Shown here: piece by piece, positions 1 to 9,750 of the stretch | How the letters are laid out: every line of letters begins with the position of its first letter | How positions within the stretch are numbered: the stretch's first letter is position 1 | Assembly (NCBI GenBank): GCA_038064975.1 | Contig: JBBTRX010000002.1 | Location: 259,278 to 320,055, forward strand | DNA: 60,778 nucleotides | Direction: 5' to 3' | Source: Patescibacteria group bacterium | GTDB lineage: Bacteria > Patescibacteriota > Minisyncoccia > UBA6257 > 1-14-0-10-40-38 | Notes under the pieces: model-generated | Databases searched by the model: none | The model's input: the letters and a program-made list of their open reading frames with translations, nothing else | Told to the model about the DNA's origin: nothing | Translations under genes and position numbers: made by a program

Positions 1-384
1 GAAGCGTACTACGAAGGTCTCAAAAAAAAGGTATACGCACTTGGTCTTGCTCATAGGGTTTCTTTTTATCTCGGCATTCCTAATAGTAAGACACCCGATC
101 TTTACCATACACACGAAATTTTTGTGAATACTTCACCGCCCGGTATGTTAGATAAAACCATTTTTGAAGCTGCTGCGTCTGGCTGTCATGTTCTTGCCGC
201 TAGCACTGATTTTGCTGAACTTGCTGGTCGTGAATACTATTTTAATTCTAGCGTTGATCTTGCCGAACGCCTCATGTCGGTATTTGTAAATCAGCCTACG
301 CAGTCGCTTCAGGCTTTAGTTGAAAAACATAGTCTTACCGTGCTCGCTAAAAAACTTATTGATGCTATAATGCCAAGGCAGTAA
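1..384 (+). CDS. glycosyltransferase family 1 (GT-B), C-terminal fragment; 5' end lies outside the window
   Basis: Frame 1 is open from base 1 (EAYYEGLKKKVYALGLAHRVSFYLGIPNSKTPDLYHTHEIFVNTSPPGMLDKTIFEAAASGCHVLAAS). This resembles the C-terminal nucleotide-sugar-binding half of GT1/GT4 enzymes. Stop TAA at 382-384. Confidence 0.7.
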   Translation, partial: EAYYEGLKKKVYALGLAHRVSFYLGIPNSKTPDLYHTHEIFVNTSPPGMLDKTIFEAAASGCHVLAASTDFAELAGREYYFNSSVDLAERLMSVFVNQPTQSLQALVEKHSLTVLAKKLIDAIMPRQ

Positions 385-527
385 ATGCTTTATACAAACA
401 TAAACAGCAAAAACGTCATTCAATAATAGTACAATGAGCATATACTATGCGATGCGAAGCATCATTTGAAAAGAGATGAAATACGTTATATGTATTTCAG
501 AAAAAGTCCTAAAATCTTTACATTAGT

Positions 528-1223
528 ATGAAACTATCCATAATTATCCCCGCATACAATGAAGCAAAAACGCTCCGAGAAATTGTGAGTAGGGTTCAGA
601 TTGCTGATATTGGAAATATCGAAAAAGAAATTATTGTCGTTGATAACGGATCTACAGACAATACGGCAGAAGTTTTAAAAAACGTGAAAGGTATACGCGT
701 TCTTTCTTTAAATCCGAATCGTATGAAAGGAGGGGCATTAAAAGCGGGTATAGCTGAAGCAAGTGGGGATATTATTATTTTTCAAGATGCAGATTTAGAA
801 TATGATCCCTCAGACTACAAAGCCGTTATACAACCGATTCTTGAAGGAAAAACAAAAATCACAAATGGAGTACGTATTGGTCCAGGTAGAGAAGGGCGTG
901 ATAATAAATCATTATATTGGTTAAGTTGGCTAGGTAATCATCTTATAACACTGACAACGAATATTTTATATTTCAACAATGCTCGTGAATATGAAGGATG
1001 CTATAAGGCTTTTACTAGAGAAGTATTGCTTTCTGTTCAGATAAAAACAAATGATTTTGATTTTGATAATGAGCTTATCTGTAAATTACTTAAAAAGGGA
1101 AGCAATATTATTGATGTTCCTATTCACTATTATCCGCGAAGCTACGCGGAAGGAAAGCATATTAATTGGAAACATGGCGTTAGGATACTGATGACGATTA
1201 TTAAATATCGTTTCATACGGTAA
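528..1223 (+). CDS. glycosyltransferase family 2
   Basis: N-terminal [24 protein letters not shown] and a [10 protein letters not shown] (DxD-type) motif, typical of the GT-A fold GT2 family. Confidence 0.85.
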   Translation: MKLSIIIPAYNEAKTLREIVSRVQIADIGNIEKEIIVVDNGSTDNTAEVLKNVKGIRVLSLNPNRMKGGALKAGIAEASGDIIIFQDADLEYDPSDYKAVIQPILEGKTKITNGVRIGPGREGRDNKSLYWLSWLGNHLITLTTNILYFNNAREYEGCYKAFTREVLLSVQIKTNDFDFDNELICKLLKKGSNIIDVPIHYYPRSYAEGKHINWKHGVRILMTIIKYRFIR

Positions 1224-1352
1224 TAAAGCAATATTAGAAAGCGTGAACTCGAAAATCTTGAATTCCAAGTAATGAGGAGGGCGATGTAACCGCGCTATCT
1301 CTTTTTTCTTGCGCTAAAAGTAAAAACTAAGTATTATAGCAAACAACTTAGC

Positions 1353-2249
1353 ATGCTTAAAAATACTCCAATTCGGAAGCTCGTAATCCCTCTTGCCGGC
1401 TTTGGTACGCGATTTCTTCCGGTATCTAAAAACTATCCTAAAGAGATGATTAATCTGGTTGATCGTCCGGTTATCCAATATCTTGTTGAAGAGGCAAGAG
1501 ATTCCGGAATCACAGAGATTATTTTTGTTTTGAACTATAGTAAGGACGTTATTGCGGAATATTTTTCTTCGTATCAGCATCCGCATCAGCGAAAAGCATA
1601 TCGTAATTCTATGGCGGCCACTGAGAATTTAAAAGAATTACAAGTATTACTGAAGTCAATACGTTTCCATCATATTAAAAAGAGCGTCACGCTCGGAGAC
1701 GGCCATTCCATTTCTTTTGCAAAGAGCAAGATAAAACCCAATGAACCATTTGCCGTTACGATGGGAGATCTTTTAAGTCCGCCAGGAAAGCCTTTTTTGA
1801 AGCAATTAATTGATGTTTATCATAAAGTGCACGCACCTGTTATTTCTGTGGAGCAAGTTCCGCGAAAAGAAGTTTTTAAATATGGCGTTATTGCACCGGA
1901 AAAAACCAATGGGCGATTACATAGAGTAAAAGACTTGGTTGAAAAACCAAATCCAAAAGACGCGCCCAGTAACCTTATTCTGACAGGAAAATATATTTTA
2001 ACGTTTAATATCTTCTCATACCTTGAGAATTTGCGCAGGGAGCATTCAAGCGAAAAAGGGGATTTGCGGCTTGCCGATGCATTAAAAGCATATGCTAAGG
2101 ATCATGACTTATATGCCTATGAATGTGTTGGAAATATACAGGATACTGGAAATAAATTCGATTTTTTAAAAGCAACCGTTTATTTCGGATTGAGTCATCC
2201 TAAATTTGGAAAAGAGTTTAAAAAATTTATTACATCGTTAAAACTATAA
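1353..2249 (+). CDS. galU: UTP--glucose-1-phosphate uridylyltransferase
   Basis: IRKLVIPLAGFGTRFLPVSKNYPKEMINLVDRPVIQYLVEEA matches the GalU G-x-G-T-R-x-LP-x-TK-x-PKEM signature. Length 298 aa. Confidence 0.85.
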   Translation: MLKNTPIRKLVIPLAGFGTRFLPVSKNYPKEMINLVDRPVIQYLVEEARDSGITEIIFVLNYSKDVIAEYFSSYQHPHQRKAYRNSMAATENLKELQVLLKSIRFHHIKKSVTLGDGHSISFAKSKIKPNEPFAVTMGDLLSPPGKPFLKQLIDVYHKVHAPVISVEQVPRKEVFKYGVIAPEKTNGRLHRVKDLVEKPNPKDAPSNLILTGKYILTFNIFSYLENLRREHSSEKGDLRLADALKAYAKDHDLYAYECVGNIQDTGNKFDFLKATVYFGLSHPKFGKEFKKFITSLKL

Positions 2250-2252
2250 AGC

Positions 2253-2876
2253 ATGAAAGGGAGGATTGTTAAAATTAAGTCGATATCGGGAAAGTTTCAT
2301 AACATCTTTCGCTTTACGCGGCGCACTGCGGAAGTGAAGCTTCCTAATGGTTCTACACATCGATTTGATCGCCATGTGCTGGAAACCGGCCCTGCGGTAA
2401 GCGTGCTACCTTATTTTTTTGATAACGAATCTCAAGATTGGCACGTTGTACTTGTTGAGCAATATCGTCCAGCTGTTGACGCAATATGTCTGGAAGCGCC
2501 CGGAGGATTGCTGGAAAAAAGAAAAAAGCCACAACATGAAATGGCTCGTGAGCTTTTTGAGGAAGCTGGTATCGAAGTGCGTCCTCAAGATATTCGCGTG
2601 GTAGATGTTCAGCATCTTGCAAATTCTTTCTGCGACCAAATTGTGCATTTAGGCATTGTTGATTTGAAGATTAAAAATAAAGCGGATCTTCTCAATAAAA
2701 TTAAACGTCACAATGGCGTAGTGAGTGAAAAAGAATTTACGGAAGTAAAAGTTTTACCTCTTTCAGAAATCTTGAAGAAAAAGAATTTAATAACCTATAC
2801 GCTCGCAAAGCATCAAATTCATACTCTTGCCGAGCAGCTTGGTTATTTTTCCGAAAAAAAAGCCACTCAAACGTAG
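2253..2876 (+). CDS. NUDIX hydrolase (nucleoside-diphosphate-sugar/ADP-ribose pyrophosphatase-like)
   Basis: Nudix box GGLLEKRKKPQHEMARELFEEAGIEV (G-x5-E-x7-REUxEExGU). Start lies 4 nt after the galU stop. Confidence 0.8.
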   Translation: MKGRIVKIKSISGKFHNIFRFTRRTAEVKLPNGSTHRFDRHVLETGPAVSVLPYFFDNESQDWHVVLVEQYRPAVDAICLEAPGGLLEKRKKPQHEMARELFEEAGIEVRPQDIRVVDVQHLANSFCDQIVHLGIVDLKIKNKADLLNKIKRHNGVVSEKEFTEVKVLPLSEILKKKNLITYTLAKHQIHTLAEQLGYFSEKKATQT

Positions 2877-2918
2877 GGGTTGTACGTCTGAGTGGTCTTA
2901 GGGTGGCATTCCGGAGGA

Positions 2919-4406
2919 TCATTGCCGCGTGGAACGCAGAATGGAGTCGGGAAGCCCTTGTCCCATGGAGTGATCGTAGAGGATTGGAGCTGCGTCTGTT
3001 TGAAATTCTTGTCCAAGCTTCTTGCGAAGCTCAGCTTCGGTTTCGAAACGGAGAACAGTCAGATTGTCAGCGGTAAGAGCGTCGGTCCACGCATGGAACT
3101 TATTTAGTCCCAATCGATCTCCGCGATCACCTTTGTAATACATAAAATCTTCCGTGTAATCAAAGTTGCGCGAATAAAGTCGGTCACCGTTTTTTGCGGT
3201 AAAAACAAAGACATCTGAGTCGACTTCATGCGGTATCGCCCAATCAAAGTAGGGCGTGCCCGGATACACAGTAATCCGTGTAAGATCAAAAGATTCAGGA
3301 TGGATTTCCAGAATCCAATCCATCGTTTCACGGATTGTCGCTTCTGTCTCTCCTGCATGCCCAATGGACATCAATGCCTTTGTGCGAAGACCATGCCGGC
3401 GGGCAATTGCTACACATCTATTATTATCTTCAAGCGTTGCTTTCTTGTTGATGTTCTCGAGAATACGCGGGGAACCGGATTCAAATCCCGTAAGAATTTC
3501 CCTAAACCCAGCTTCTTTCATTGCTTCCGCCTGGTCATCCGTAAAGAGCTCTGCCTTGATAAATCCTCTGAGTCTCCATTCGACGCCGAGATCTTTTCCT
3601 AAGTGCGCAATAGCTTGCATGAGTTCGATCATGCGAGGGTTGACGTTGAGTTCGTCGTCATAAAGCATTATTGCGCGAAAGCCATACCGTTCATAGATAT
3701 GACGGAATTCAGCAATGACGCTCTCGGTGGACCGAAGCCTTACTTTACGCAAGAAAGGCGACTCGCGTCCTCCACAGAAGGCACAGCCGAAGGGGCAGCC
3801 CAGTTGGCAGATCATGCTAAGAGCAGAGACGCCGTCGATTTTATAGTGATAACTATTGATATCAACGAGGTGTCGTGCCGGCAACGGAAGTTCAGTCAGC
3901 TGATTCTTCGTAAGAAAACTTGTCGATTTCGGATCATCGGCATCAATGATTTTTGGAGAATTTTCTCTGAGGGCATCAAACACTGCAAGTTCGCCATCCC
4001 CCATAACAAAAATATCAAAGTAGGATTCAAGTTGCTTGAATGCGAGTACGCCGCGTCCTTCAATGCCCTTCGCGACTTCGCGTCGGCGGGGAATATTGAC
4101 GAGCGTGATATGAGGTCCGCCCAGAATCAAGCGAATGCTCGGACGAAGCTTTCTGATTTCCTTTGCAATTTCCGTGGCAGCAGGAATTTGGGGGCTAGTA
4201 GCGGTAAATCCAATGTGGGATGGAGTATGCTCCATAACGTAGGATCGAACACTGTCCAGATAATTACCGACACCCGAGAGATCAAGGACGTCTACAAGAA
4301 TGTCCTTTTGTTCAAGTATAGCGGCAACCTTGAGGATGCCGATATGCACAAAGAACCGCTCGTCCGAAAGGATGAGCGACGGCGGAATCACAAGTCCTAT
4401 TCTCAT
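2919..4406 (-). CDS. B12-binding-domain radical SAM protein
   Basis: N-terminal cobalamin-binding-like Rossmann segment (MRIGLVIPP...LILGGPHITL), followed by the radical SAM cluster motif CPFGCAFCGG (CxxxCxxC). Stop is TGA. Sits antisense to the flanking genes. Confidence 0.8.
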   Translation of the reverse strand: MRIGLVIPPSLILSDERFFVHIGILKVAAILEQKDILVDVLDLSGVGNYLDSVRSYVMEHTPSHIGFTATSPQIPAATEIAKEIRKLRPSIRLILGGPHITLVNIPRRREVAKGIEGRGVLAFKQLESYFDIFVMGDGELAVFDALRENSPKIIDADDPKSTSFLTKNQLTELPLPARHLVDINSYHYKIDGVSALSMICQLGCPFGCAFCGGRESPFLRKVRLRSTESVIAEFRHIYERYGFRAIMLYDDELNVNPRMIELMQAIAHLGKDLGVEWRLRGFIKAELFTDDQAEAMKEAGFREILTGFESGSPRILENINKKATLEDNNRCVAIARRHGLRTKALMSIGHAGETEATIRETMDWILEIHPESFDLTRITVYPGTPYFDWAIPHEVDSDVFVFTAKNGDRLYSRNFDYTEDFMYYKGDRGDRLGLNKFHAWTDALTADNLTVLRFETEAELRKKLGQEFQTDAAPILYDHSMGQGLPDSILRSTRQ

Positions 4407-4563
4407 CGTTTTGTCTCCTTGGTTGTAAAAGTACTGGTGAGTCGTTAATTTCCAGCAAGACTATAGCAATTTCGCATTTGTTTTGCAATAAAAACTCATT
4501 CGTTTGAATTTTCCATAAGTCTTTATTGGTATTTTTCTGAAATAAGATAAATACCCGTTTTCT

Positions 4564-4604
4564 TTGACTAAATAGGTTAACGATGAGTTATAATCAATAG
4601 GTTA
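4564..4604 (+). promoter_or_regulatory. candidate sigma70-type promoter (TTGACT ... TATAAT) bracketed by a 9-nt direct repeat
   Basis: TTGACT at 4564-4569 and TATAAT at 4589-4594, with a rather long 19-nt spacer. AATAGGTTA occurs at 4571-4579 and 4596-4604. It lies in the 335-nt AT-rich divergent intergenic region upstream of the 4742 operon. Confidence 0.3.
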
Positions 4605-4741
4605 TATGATTCAGAAATCAATCACGTAATAAGACATCTTTAATGTAAAATAATGGGCATATACTAATTTTTAAATTTTTCTTTCTTAGAGGGTTTTTTC
4701 ATTCATTTTTTAATATATATAAAAATTCTAACAGGCAAGTC

Positions 4742-6106
4742 ATGACATTATTTCATCGTCCATTACTCGTTATTTTTTTAATCATTTTCAGTATTAATAT
4801 TGGCTATGCTCTTTTATATGCCATTGAACCTCGTGTTGACGCAGAAGCGTATGACGAAATTGCTACTAATCTCTTTAAGTATGGAATCTATCAGGCAAAT
4901 CTTGACGGAAGTCCTCTCTTAGACGGTTCAATTACACGAATTGGTCCGGGTTATGAATTTTTTTTGGCGGGAATATATTCAATATTTGGTCGTCGATTTG
5001 TATTTGTATGGATTATCCAGGCGATACTTTATGCCTTATCCATAGTAATGCTAGGAAAGATTACAATCTTTCTTGTTCCAGAATTTGAACGCCATCAAAA
5101 ATGGTTTTTTGGGCTCTTGATTTTTTTCGGTGTTTTTATTGATGCTATTCAGTTGAATGCGATGCTCATGACAGAGTCGCTTACGATTTTTCTCATAACT
5201 CTTGTTTTTTATATTTTTACTCATCATTTCCAAAAGAAAAATTATAGTATTTGGGAAGGCATGCTTATCGGTCTTGTGGCTGGTATTTTGATGCTCGTTC
5301 GGCCCATGGGTTTTCTGATACTGCTAACTTGTTTAGGGGCAGTATTTTTTATACGCAGAAAGCACGCTATCTCGTATGCTCTTGCCGCAGTGCTTGTTTT
5401 CGGCGCTATTCAAATCCCTTGGATATATCGAAATTATAATATCTTTGGAACCTTTCTCTTTCATACTGCCGCTGGGGGGATGAATCTTTTAAGTGGAAAT
5501 TATCCTGGAAATCATGGTGAATTTACTGCCGACTTCCTTCTGTTTGAAGACTTGAAATCATTGTACCCAGCACCCGTTGATTTTTCTCGTGCAGCAGAAG
5601 ATTGGTATCGGGATTTTTTCTTTCATCATCCGTTTCAGGCATTAGGGATTTTATTTGAAAAAACTATGATCTTTTTCTCACTCACCAAAACATCGGGTTT
5701 CTGGTTTCACTATTTTGGTTCCTTTGATAAAGCAGTAACTGTCGTGATTTCGGTTATTCAAAATTTTCTTATTCTTGGTACTATTTTTGCATTCATGATT
5801 ATGACCATTTTGAGATATATTCGTGAACGCAGTATTTCCAAACGAGATATTTTCTTTTTTTGCATTATTGCGGTTATGATTGCTATTCCGATATTGACTG
5901 TCGTAGCTAATCGTCATCGCTTACCTCTCGCCGTCCTTTCATTACCTCTTTTTGGTATTGTTTTTATGAATGTCGTTTCTTGGGTTTCTCAAAAGAAAGT
6001 AAAATTTTTTAGTATTGTTGCTATTCCTCTTATTGTCACGACATTCATTGATTTGAGTTTGCAGTTTGATAAATTTAAATCTCATCTTAGTAAATTACTA
6101 TCATAA
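4742..6106 (+). CDS. GT-C fold membrane glycosyltransferase (PMT_2/ArnT-like, GT39/GT83-like)
   Basis: Polytopic membrane protein. The N-terminal loop DAEAYDEIATNLFKYGIYQ...GPGYEFFLAGIYSIFG resembles the ArnT/PMT_2 family first periplasmic loop. Confidence 0.7.
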   Translation: MTLFHRPLLVIFLIIFSINIGYALLYAIEPRVDAEAYDEIATNLFKYGIYQANLDGSPLLDGSITRIGPGYEFFLAGIYSIFGRRFVFVWIIQAILYALSIVMLGKITIFLVPEFERHQKWFFGLLIFFGVFIDAIQLNAMLMTESLTIFLITLVFYIFTHHFQKKNYSIWEGMLIGLVAGILMLVRPMGFLILLTCLGAVFFIRRKHAISYALAAVLVFGAIQIPWIYRNYNIFGTFLFHTAAGGMNLLSGNYPGNHGEFTADFLLFEDLKSLYPAPVDFSRAAEDWYRDFFFHHPFQALGILFEKTMIFFSLTKTSGFWFHYFGSFDKAVTVVISVIQNFLILGTIFAFMIMTILRYIRERSISKRDIFFFCIIAVMIAIPILTVVANRHRLPLAVLSLPLFGIVFMNVVSWVSQKKVKFFSIVAIPLIVTTFIDLSLQFDKFKSHLSKLLS

Positions 6107-6112
6107 GTTGGT

Positions 6113-7801
6113 ATGTATATTATCAAAAAATATATTCACGATCTTGTTCGCGCCCCGATCTTTTGGATTATTGTTTTAGCGCTTATTATGCGTCTTCCGG
6201 GAATTTTATATGGACTACCTCTTTGGCTTTTTGGCGATGAGCCATCACTTATACTTGCGGCACTGAAAATGATTCAATTGAGGACTCTTGTACCCGCTTT
6301 TCATGTAAGCGAATTTTGGCCACTCCTTTATTATCCTCCTTATTTGGCTTATATTTATTTACCTTTTTTCTCTCTCGTCGCGGTATTAAAATTCATAAGT
6401 TTCGGAACTAATCTAGATATTTTCCAGAATTTAATTGCAAGTAACGTATCAAGTTTTTTTATCGTTGCGAGATTTTTAAACGTCATATTTGCCGCAGTTT
6501 CTATTTTTCTTATCTATCGTACTGCAGAATCATTACTTAAAAACCGGATCGGAGCATTAGCAGCGGCATTTCTTGTTTCAACGAGCATGCTTCATGTCAT
6601 GCTCTCATTCACTGCACGTCATTGGCTTGCGGTATTCACTCTCCTCTCTACTGTCTTGTATTTTCTTTCGCATGAAAAATTAAAATTTAAACAACGTTAT
6701 TTTTTTGCTACTGTTGCCGCAGGTTTCAGTATTGGTGTGAGTACGATCGGCATAATAAATGGCCTGCTTATAATACTATGGTATCTCTGTATTGATCGTA
6801 GAACATTATTATCAATGTTAAGAGAAAAAATTTTCTATCAGTGCCTCGTTGTTTTTCTTGGTCTTGCAATTTTGCCAATTATCCTCTATCCGCTTAGTTT
6901 CGGTTTTGCGCCGGATACGACGATCCATGGATTTAAAAATTTAGTAGGAGCATTGCTGAGTCCAATAAATTTTCTGCAATCGCTCGCTGTTTCCGAACCA
7001 ATAATAATGAGCCTATTCGTTGTGGGATTATTTGCGCTATTTAAAATGAATCGGCGACTTTTTATTACTTTCGTAACTTTCGTTTTCGCATACAGTCTAA
7101 TTTTCTATGCATTCTTTCGTTTTGAGCATCGTTTTATTCTGCCGCTTATGGCAATAATCGCCATCGTTAGTGGGCTTGGCTTTCAATCAGTTTTTGAAAT
7201 TTTAAGTCGTCATCGTCTTCGTTGGATTGGTATACTACTGCTTATTATTCCACTTTTTTTTACGACTCGGATGGCGTTACTTGCCTCTCGTAACGATTCC
7301 AGGGTCCTCGCCATGCGTTATTTAGAGCAAGTTGCTCCGAGTGGCGAGAGGGTGATAGTGTATGCTAATCTCATGAGATTGCCGACGACCAAAGAGGCGA
7401 TTATTGAACAGACGGTGATTGATTCGAAATCTTTACGAACCGTCGATCGGGCTGAAGCTGAATTACCAAAAGAGTATCGATCAAAGCGGGTTTTCCATGC
7501 CCTCAATCTTTATACAGTCAGTAATACAGAATTTTATAATAATATTGAGGATTACGTTCGTAAGAACGACTATCGTTATTTAATTGTTGCCACAAAAGAC
7601 TTTTTGAATAACCAAACACAGACTGATAAGGTTCTTAATTTAAGAACTCAAGGGGAATTAGTCGCCGTTTTTGGTTCGGAGGGAGGTAATTATTCAATTG
7701 CTGAATCAGATATAAATGGTAATCCGTTCAAGCTTTTTGCTTTACAAGAATTCGGTCCGCGCATAGAAATATATAGAATGAATTATGAAATACGGCCATA
7801 A
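6113..7801 (+). CDS. GT-C fold membrane glycosyltransferase (PMT_2/ArnT-like) with soluble C-terminal domain
   Basis: About 11 predicted TM segments. Has an early LPLWLFGDEPSLILAALKM loop and a roughly 170-aa hydrophilic C-terminal domain. Starts 7 nt after the previous gene. Confidence 0.65.
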   Translation: MYIIKKYIHDLVRAPIFWIIVLALIMRLPGILYGLPLWLFGDEPSLILAALKMIQLRTLVPAFHVSEFWPLLYYPPYLAYIYLPFFSLVAVLKFISFGTNLDIFQNLIASNVSSFFIVARFLNVIFAAVSIFLIYRTAESLLKNRIGALAAAFLVSTSMLHVMLSFTARHWLAVFTLLSTVLYFLSHEKLKFKQRYFFATVAAGFSIGVSTIGIINGLLIILWYLCIDRRTLLSMLREKIFYQCLVVFLGLAILPIILYPLSFGFAPDTTIHGFKNLVGALLSPINFLQSLAVSEPIIMSLFVVGLFALFKMNRRLFITFVTFVFAYSLIFYAFFRFEHRFILPLMAIIAIVSGLGFQSVFEILSRHRLRWIGILLLIIPLFFTTRMALLASRNDSRVLAMRYLEQVAPSGERVIVYANLMRLPTTKEAIIEQTVIDSKSLRTVDRAEAELPKEYRSKRVFHALNLYTVSNTEFYNNIEDYVRKNDYRYLIVATKDFLNNQTQTDKVLNLRTQGELVAVFGSEGGNYSIAESDINGNPFKLFALQEFGPRIEIYRMNYEIRP

Positions 7802-8384
7802 AATTTTCTTTGAAAAAAAACTGCGCAACATCGCGGATAATGCCGATTATATTTTGGATATTGGCGGTGGTCGTCCTTTCCAAAAGTATCTAAAACCTTA
7901 TAAAGAATGGTTTGCTCATAAACGCTATGAAACTATTGATTCCGTTGCGGATTACAAACCAACAATTGTTGGAGATGCTCACAATTTGCCACTAAAGAAC
8001 GATTCAGTTGATGCAATTATTTGTTGTTCAGTACTTGAACATCTCTACGATCCGAAACGTGCCATTCAAGAGATGTATCGTGTTTTAAAACCAGGCGGAC
8101 AGATCCTTGCTTATACTCATTTTATCTATCCCTATCACGCGCGCAATGGGGTTTATAGTGATTATTTTCGTTTTACGGACGAAGGTTTAACTAATCTCTT
8201 CAGTCAATTTAAGACCGTTGAGCTTAAAAAACAAGGAGGGTATTTCACTGCCCTTGGTTTTTTTATGCCCTTTCAGGCGCGTTTTAGGCCTATCTGGGAG
8301 CCAGTTGCTTATAGTCTTGATCAGTTTTTTAAAACTGAACAGCGAAGCACTACGGCGGCTTTCTATATCTATGGCGTCAAATAG
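7785..8384 (+). CDS. class I SAM-dependent methyltransferase (Methyltransf_11-like)
   Basis: ILDIGGGRP (motif I) and VDAIICCSVLEHLYDPKRAIQEMYRVLKPGG (post-I/II region). Overlaps the upstream gene by 17 nt. Confidence 0.8.
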   Translation: MKYGHKIFFEKKLRNIADNADYILDIGGGRPFQKYLKPYKEWFAHKRYETIDSVADYKPTIVGDAHNLPLKNDSVDAIICCSVLEHLYDPKRAIQEMYRVLKPGGQILAYTHFIYPYHARNGVYSDYFRFTDEGLTNLFSQFKTVELKKQGGYFTALGFFMPFQARFRPIWEPVAYSLDQFFKTEQRSTTAAFYIYGVK

Positions 8385-9750
8385 TTCTGCTCCAAGTTTT
8401 ACTAAAATACTCGTTGCGGGTGAGACATTGTTGGGTTTTTGGAATGCTACGAGCAAGGTTCTTGGGCTTATAAATTCATTTTTTATAATTTATTCTCTTT
8501 CGCTCTTTCAATACGGCTTGTATCAACTTATTCTTGCTTTCATCGGTCTTGTTTCAGTCGGTTTGTTTGATGGAATAAACGGAGTTGTTTTGAATGATAT
8601 TATTCGGAGGGAAAACGAAGAAAAACAGGAAACGGCTAAAGCTCTTTTTCGTGATTTTGTAAAAATCAAACTTGCATTGGGGTTATTGCTTTCGACCGGA
8701 GTTTTTCTGAGCGCTAACTTTATTGCAAGCATCTATGATAAGGATATTGGTACGTTTATTCGAATTGTTTCAATTATTTTTATTTTTGATGCTATTATTT
8801 CGTCCTTCGATGTCTTTCTGCGGGTCAAATTGCGACTTCGTTCAATCGCTATTCAATCTTTTATTCGCGAAGTAGCAAAAACTATCACTCTTGGTTTTTT
8901 TCTAAGTATTGGTACGGTTCTTATTCGCGAAGTGCTTATCGCTCATGTGATTTCCATTTTCACTCTCGTGATTTTCTTGTTTATAGTCAGCCACCGGGAT
9001 TTTTTTTATTATTTAAAATCAAAAACCAATTCTGGTCTGCTTGGCATACTAAACGAGTATGGTAAGTGGGCTATTCTTAAAGAATATAGTAAGCGATTTG
9101 GATCAGGTTTGAGACCATGGTTCATTAAAGTGTTTATTTCAACCGAAGCAGTTGCCTTATTTTCTGTTGCCATGAGTATTATTAGTTTTCTGCAAAGCTA
9201 TTTTCCTGGTAATTTTCTTACCAGTCTCGTTCCCCGCGAGTTATCTGATCCAGTACGTTTAAGAAGAATTTTTGTTCGCGGCCTAAAGTATCTAAATCTC
9301 ATCGGCCTCTTCTTTGCTGTAGTTGGTATGTTGCTTGTTCCTATTGCAATCACATACTTTCTTCCGAAGTATACGTCAGCATTACCATATTTTATACTCC
9401 TTACGCTCATGCTACCCCTCTATGGTATAAGTAAAATGACTGGATCTATGCTTGTTGCATATCGAGAACAACGCTCTATATTTTTTCGCACCATATTTTT
9501 TGTCATTCTTCTCCTTGGGCTATCTCCAATTCTTTTTACGACCTTAGGTCTTTACGGCGTGGTTTTAGTTGTACTTATTGACTATTTGACGAGCACGCTT
9601 TATTTTCTTATTCGGGTTTGGAAAATTAAACCAGCCTTACGTTTTCAAATGAGTGAATTATTTATTTTTGACGCTTATGATAGAAATTTTATCGGGAACG
9701 TTATAAGAGAATTTTTTATCACAATAAAGCGGTGGTTTTTTAAAGTATGA
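8371..9750 (+). CDS. MOP-superfamily polysaccharide flippase (Wzx-like)
   Basis: Polytopic (about 12-14 TM) protein of Wzx/polysaccharide-biosynthesis type. I place the start at ATG 8371 (MASNSSAPSF...), not at the ORF-track start 8218, which lies inside the methyltransferase gene. Stop TGA overlaps the next start (ATGA). Confidence 0.7.
   Translation: MASNSSAPSFTKILVAGETLLGFWNATSKVLGLINSFFIIYSLSLFQYGLYQLILAFIGLVSVGLFDGINGVVLNDIIRRENEEKQETAKALFRDFVKIKLALGLLLSTGVFLSANFIASIYDKDIGTFIRIVSIIFIFDAIISSFDVFLRVKLRLRSIAIQSFIREVAKTITLGFFLSIGTVLIREVLIAHVISIFTLVIFLFIVSHRDFFYYLKSKTNSGLLGILNEYGKWAILKEYSKRFGSGLRPWFIKVFISTEAVALFSVAMSIISFLQSYFPGNFLTSLVPRELSDPVRLRRIFVRGLKYLNLIGLFFAVVGMLLVPIAITYFLPKYTSALPYFILLTLMLPLYGISKMTGSMLVAYREQRSIFFRTIFFVILLLGLSPILFTTLGLYGVVLVVLIDYLTSTLYFLIRVWKIKPALRFQMSELFIFDAYDRNFIGNVIREFFITIKRWFFKV

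Noticed and set aside
3603-4448. 281-aa plus-strand ORF, with smaller ones at 3228-3663.
   Set aside because: It lies entirely antisense to the well-supported radical SAM gene (2919-4406) and has no recognisable motifs. It is a shadow ORF.
8218-8370. N-terminal extension of the flippase ORF back to 8218. The same question arises for the extensions at 19828, 35802, 39268, 39920, 43292 and 59627.
   Set aside because: Each extension runs through the 3' end of the preceding well-supported gene in another frame. Internal ATGs placed at or just after the upstream stop give N-termini that match the protein families.
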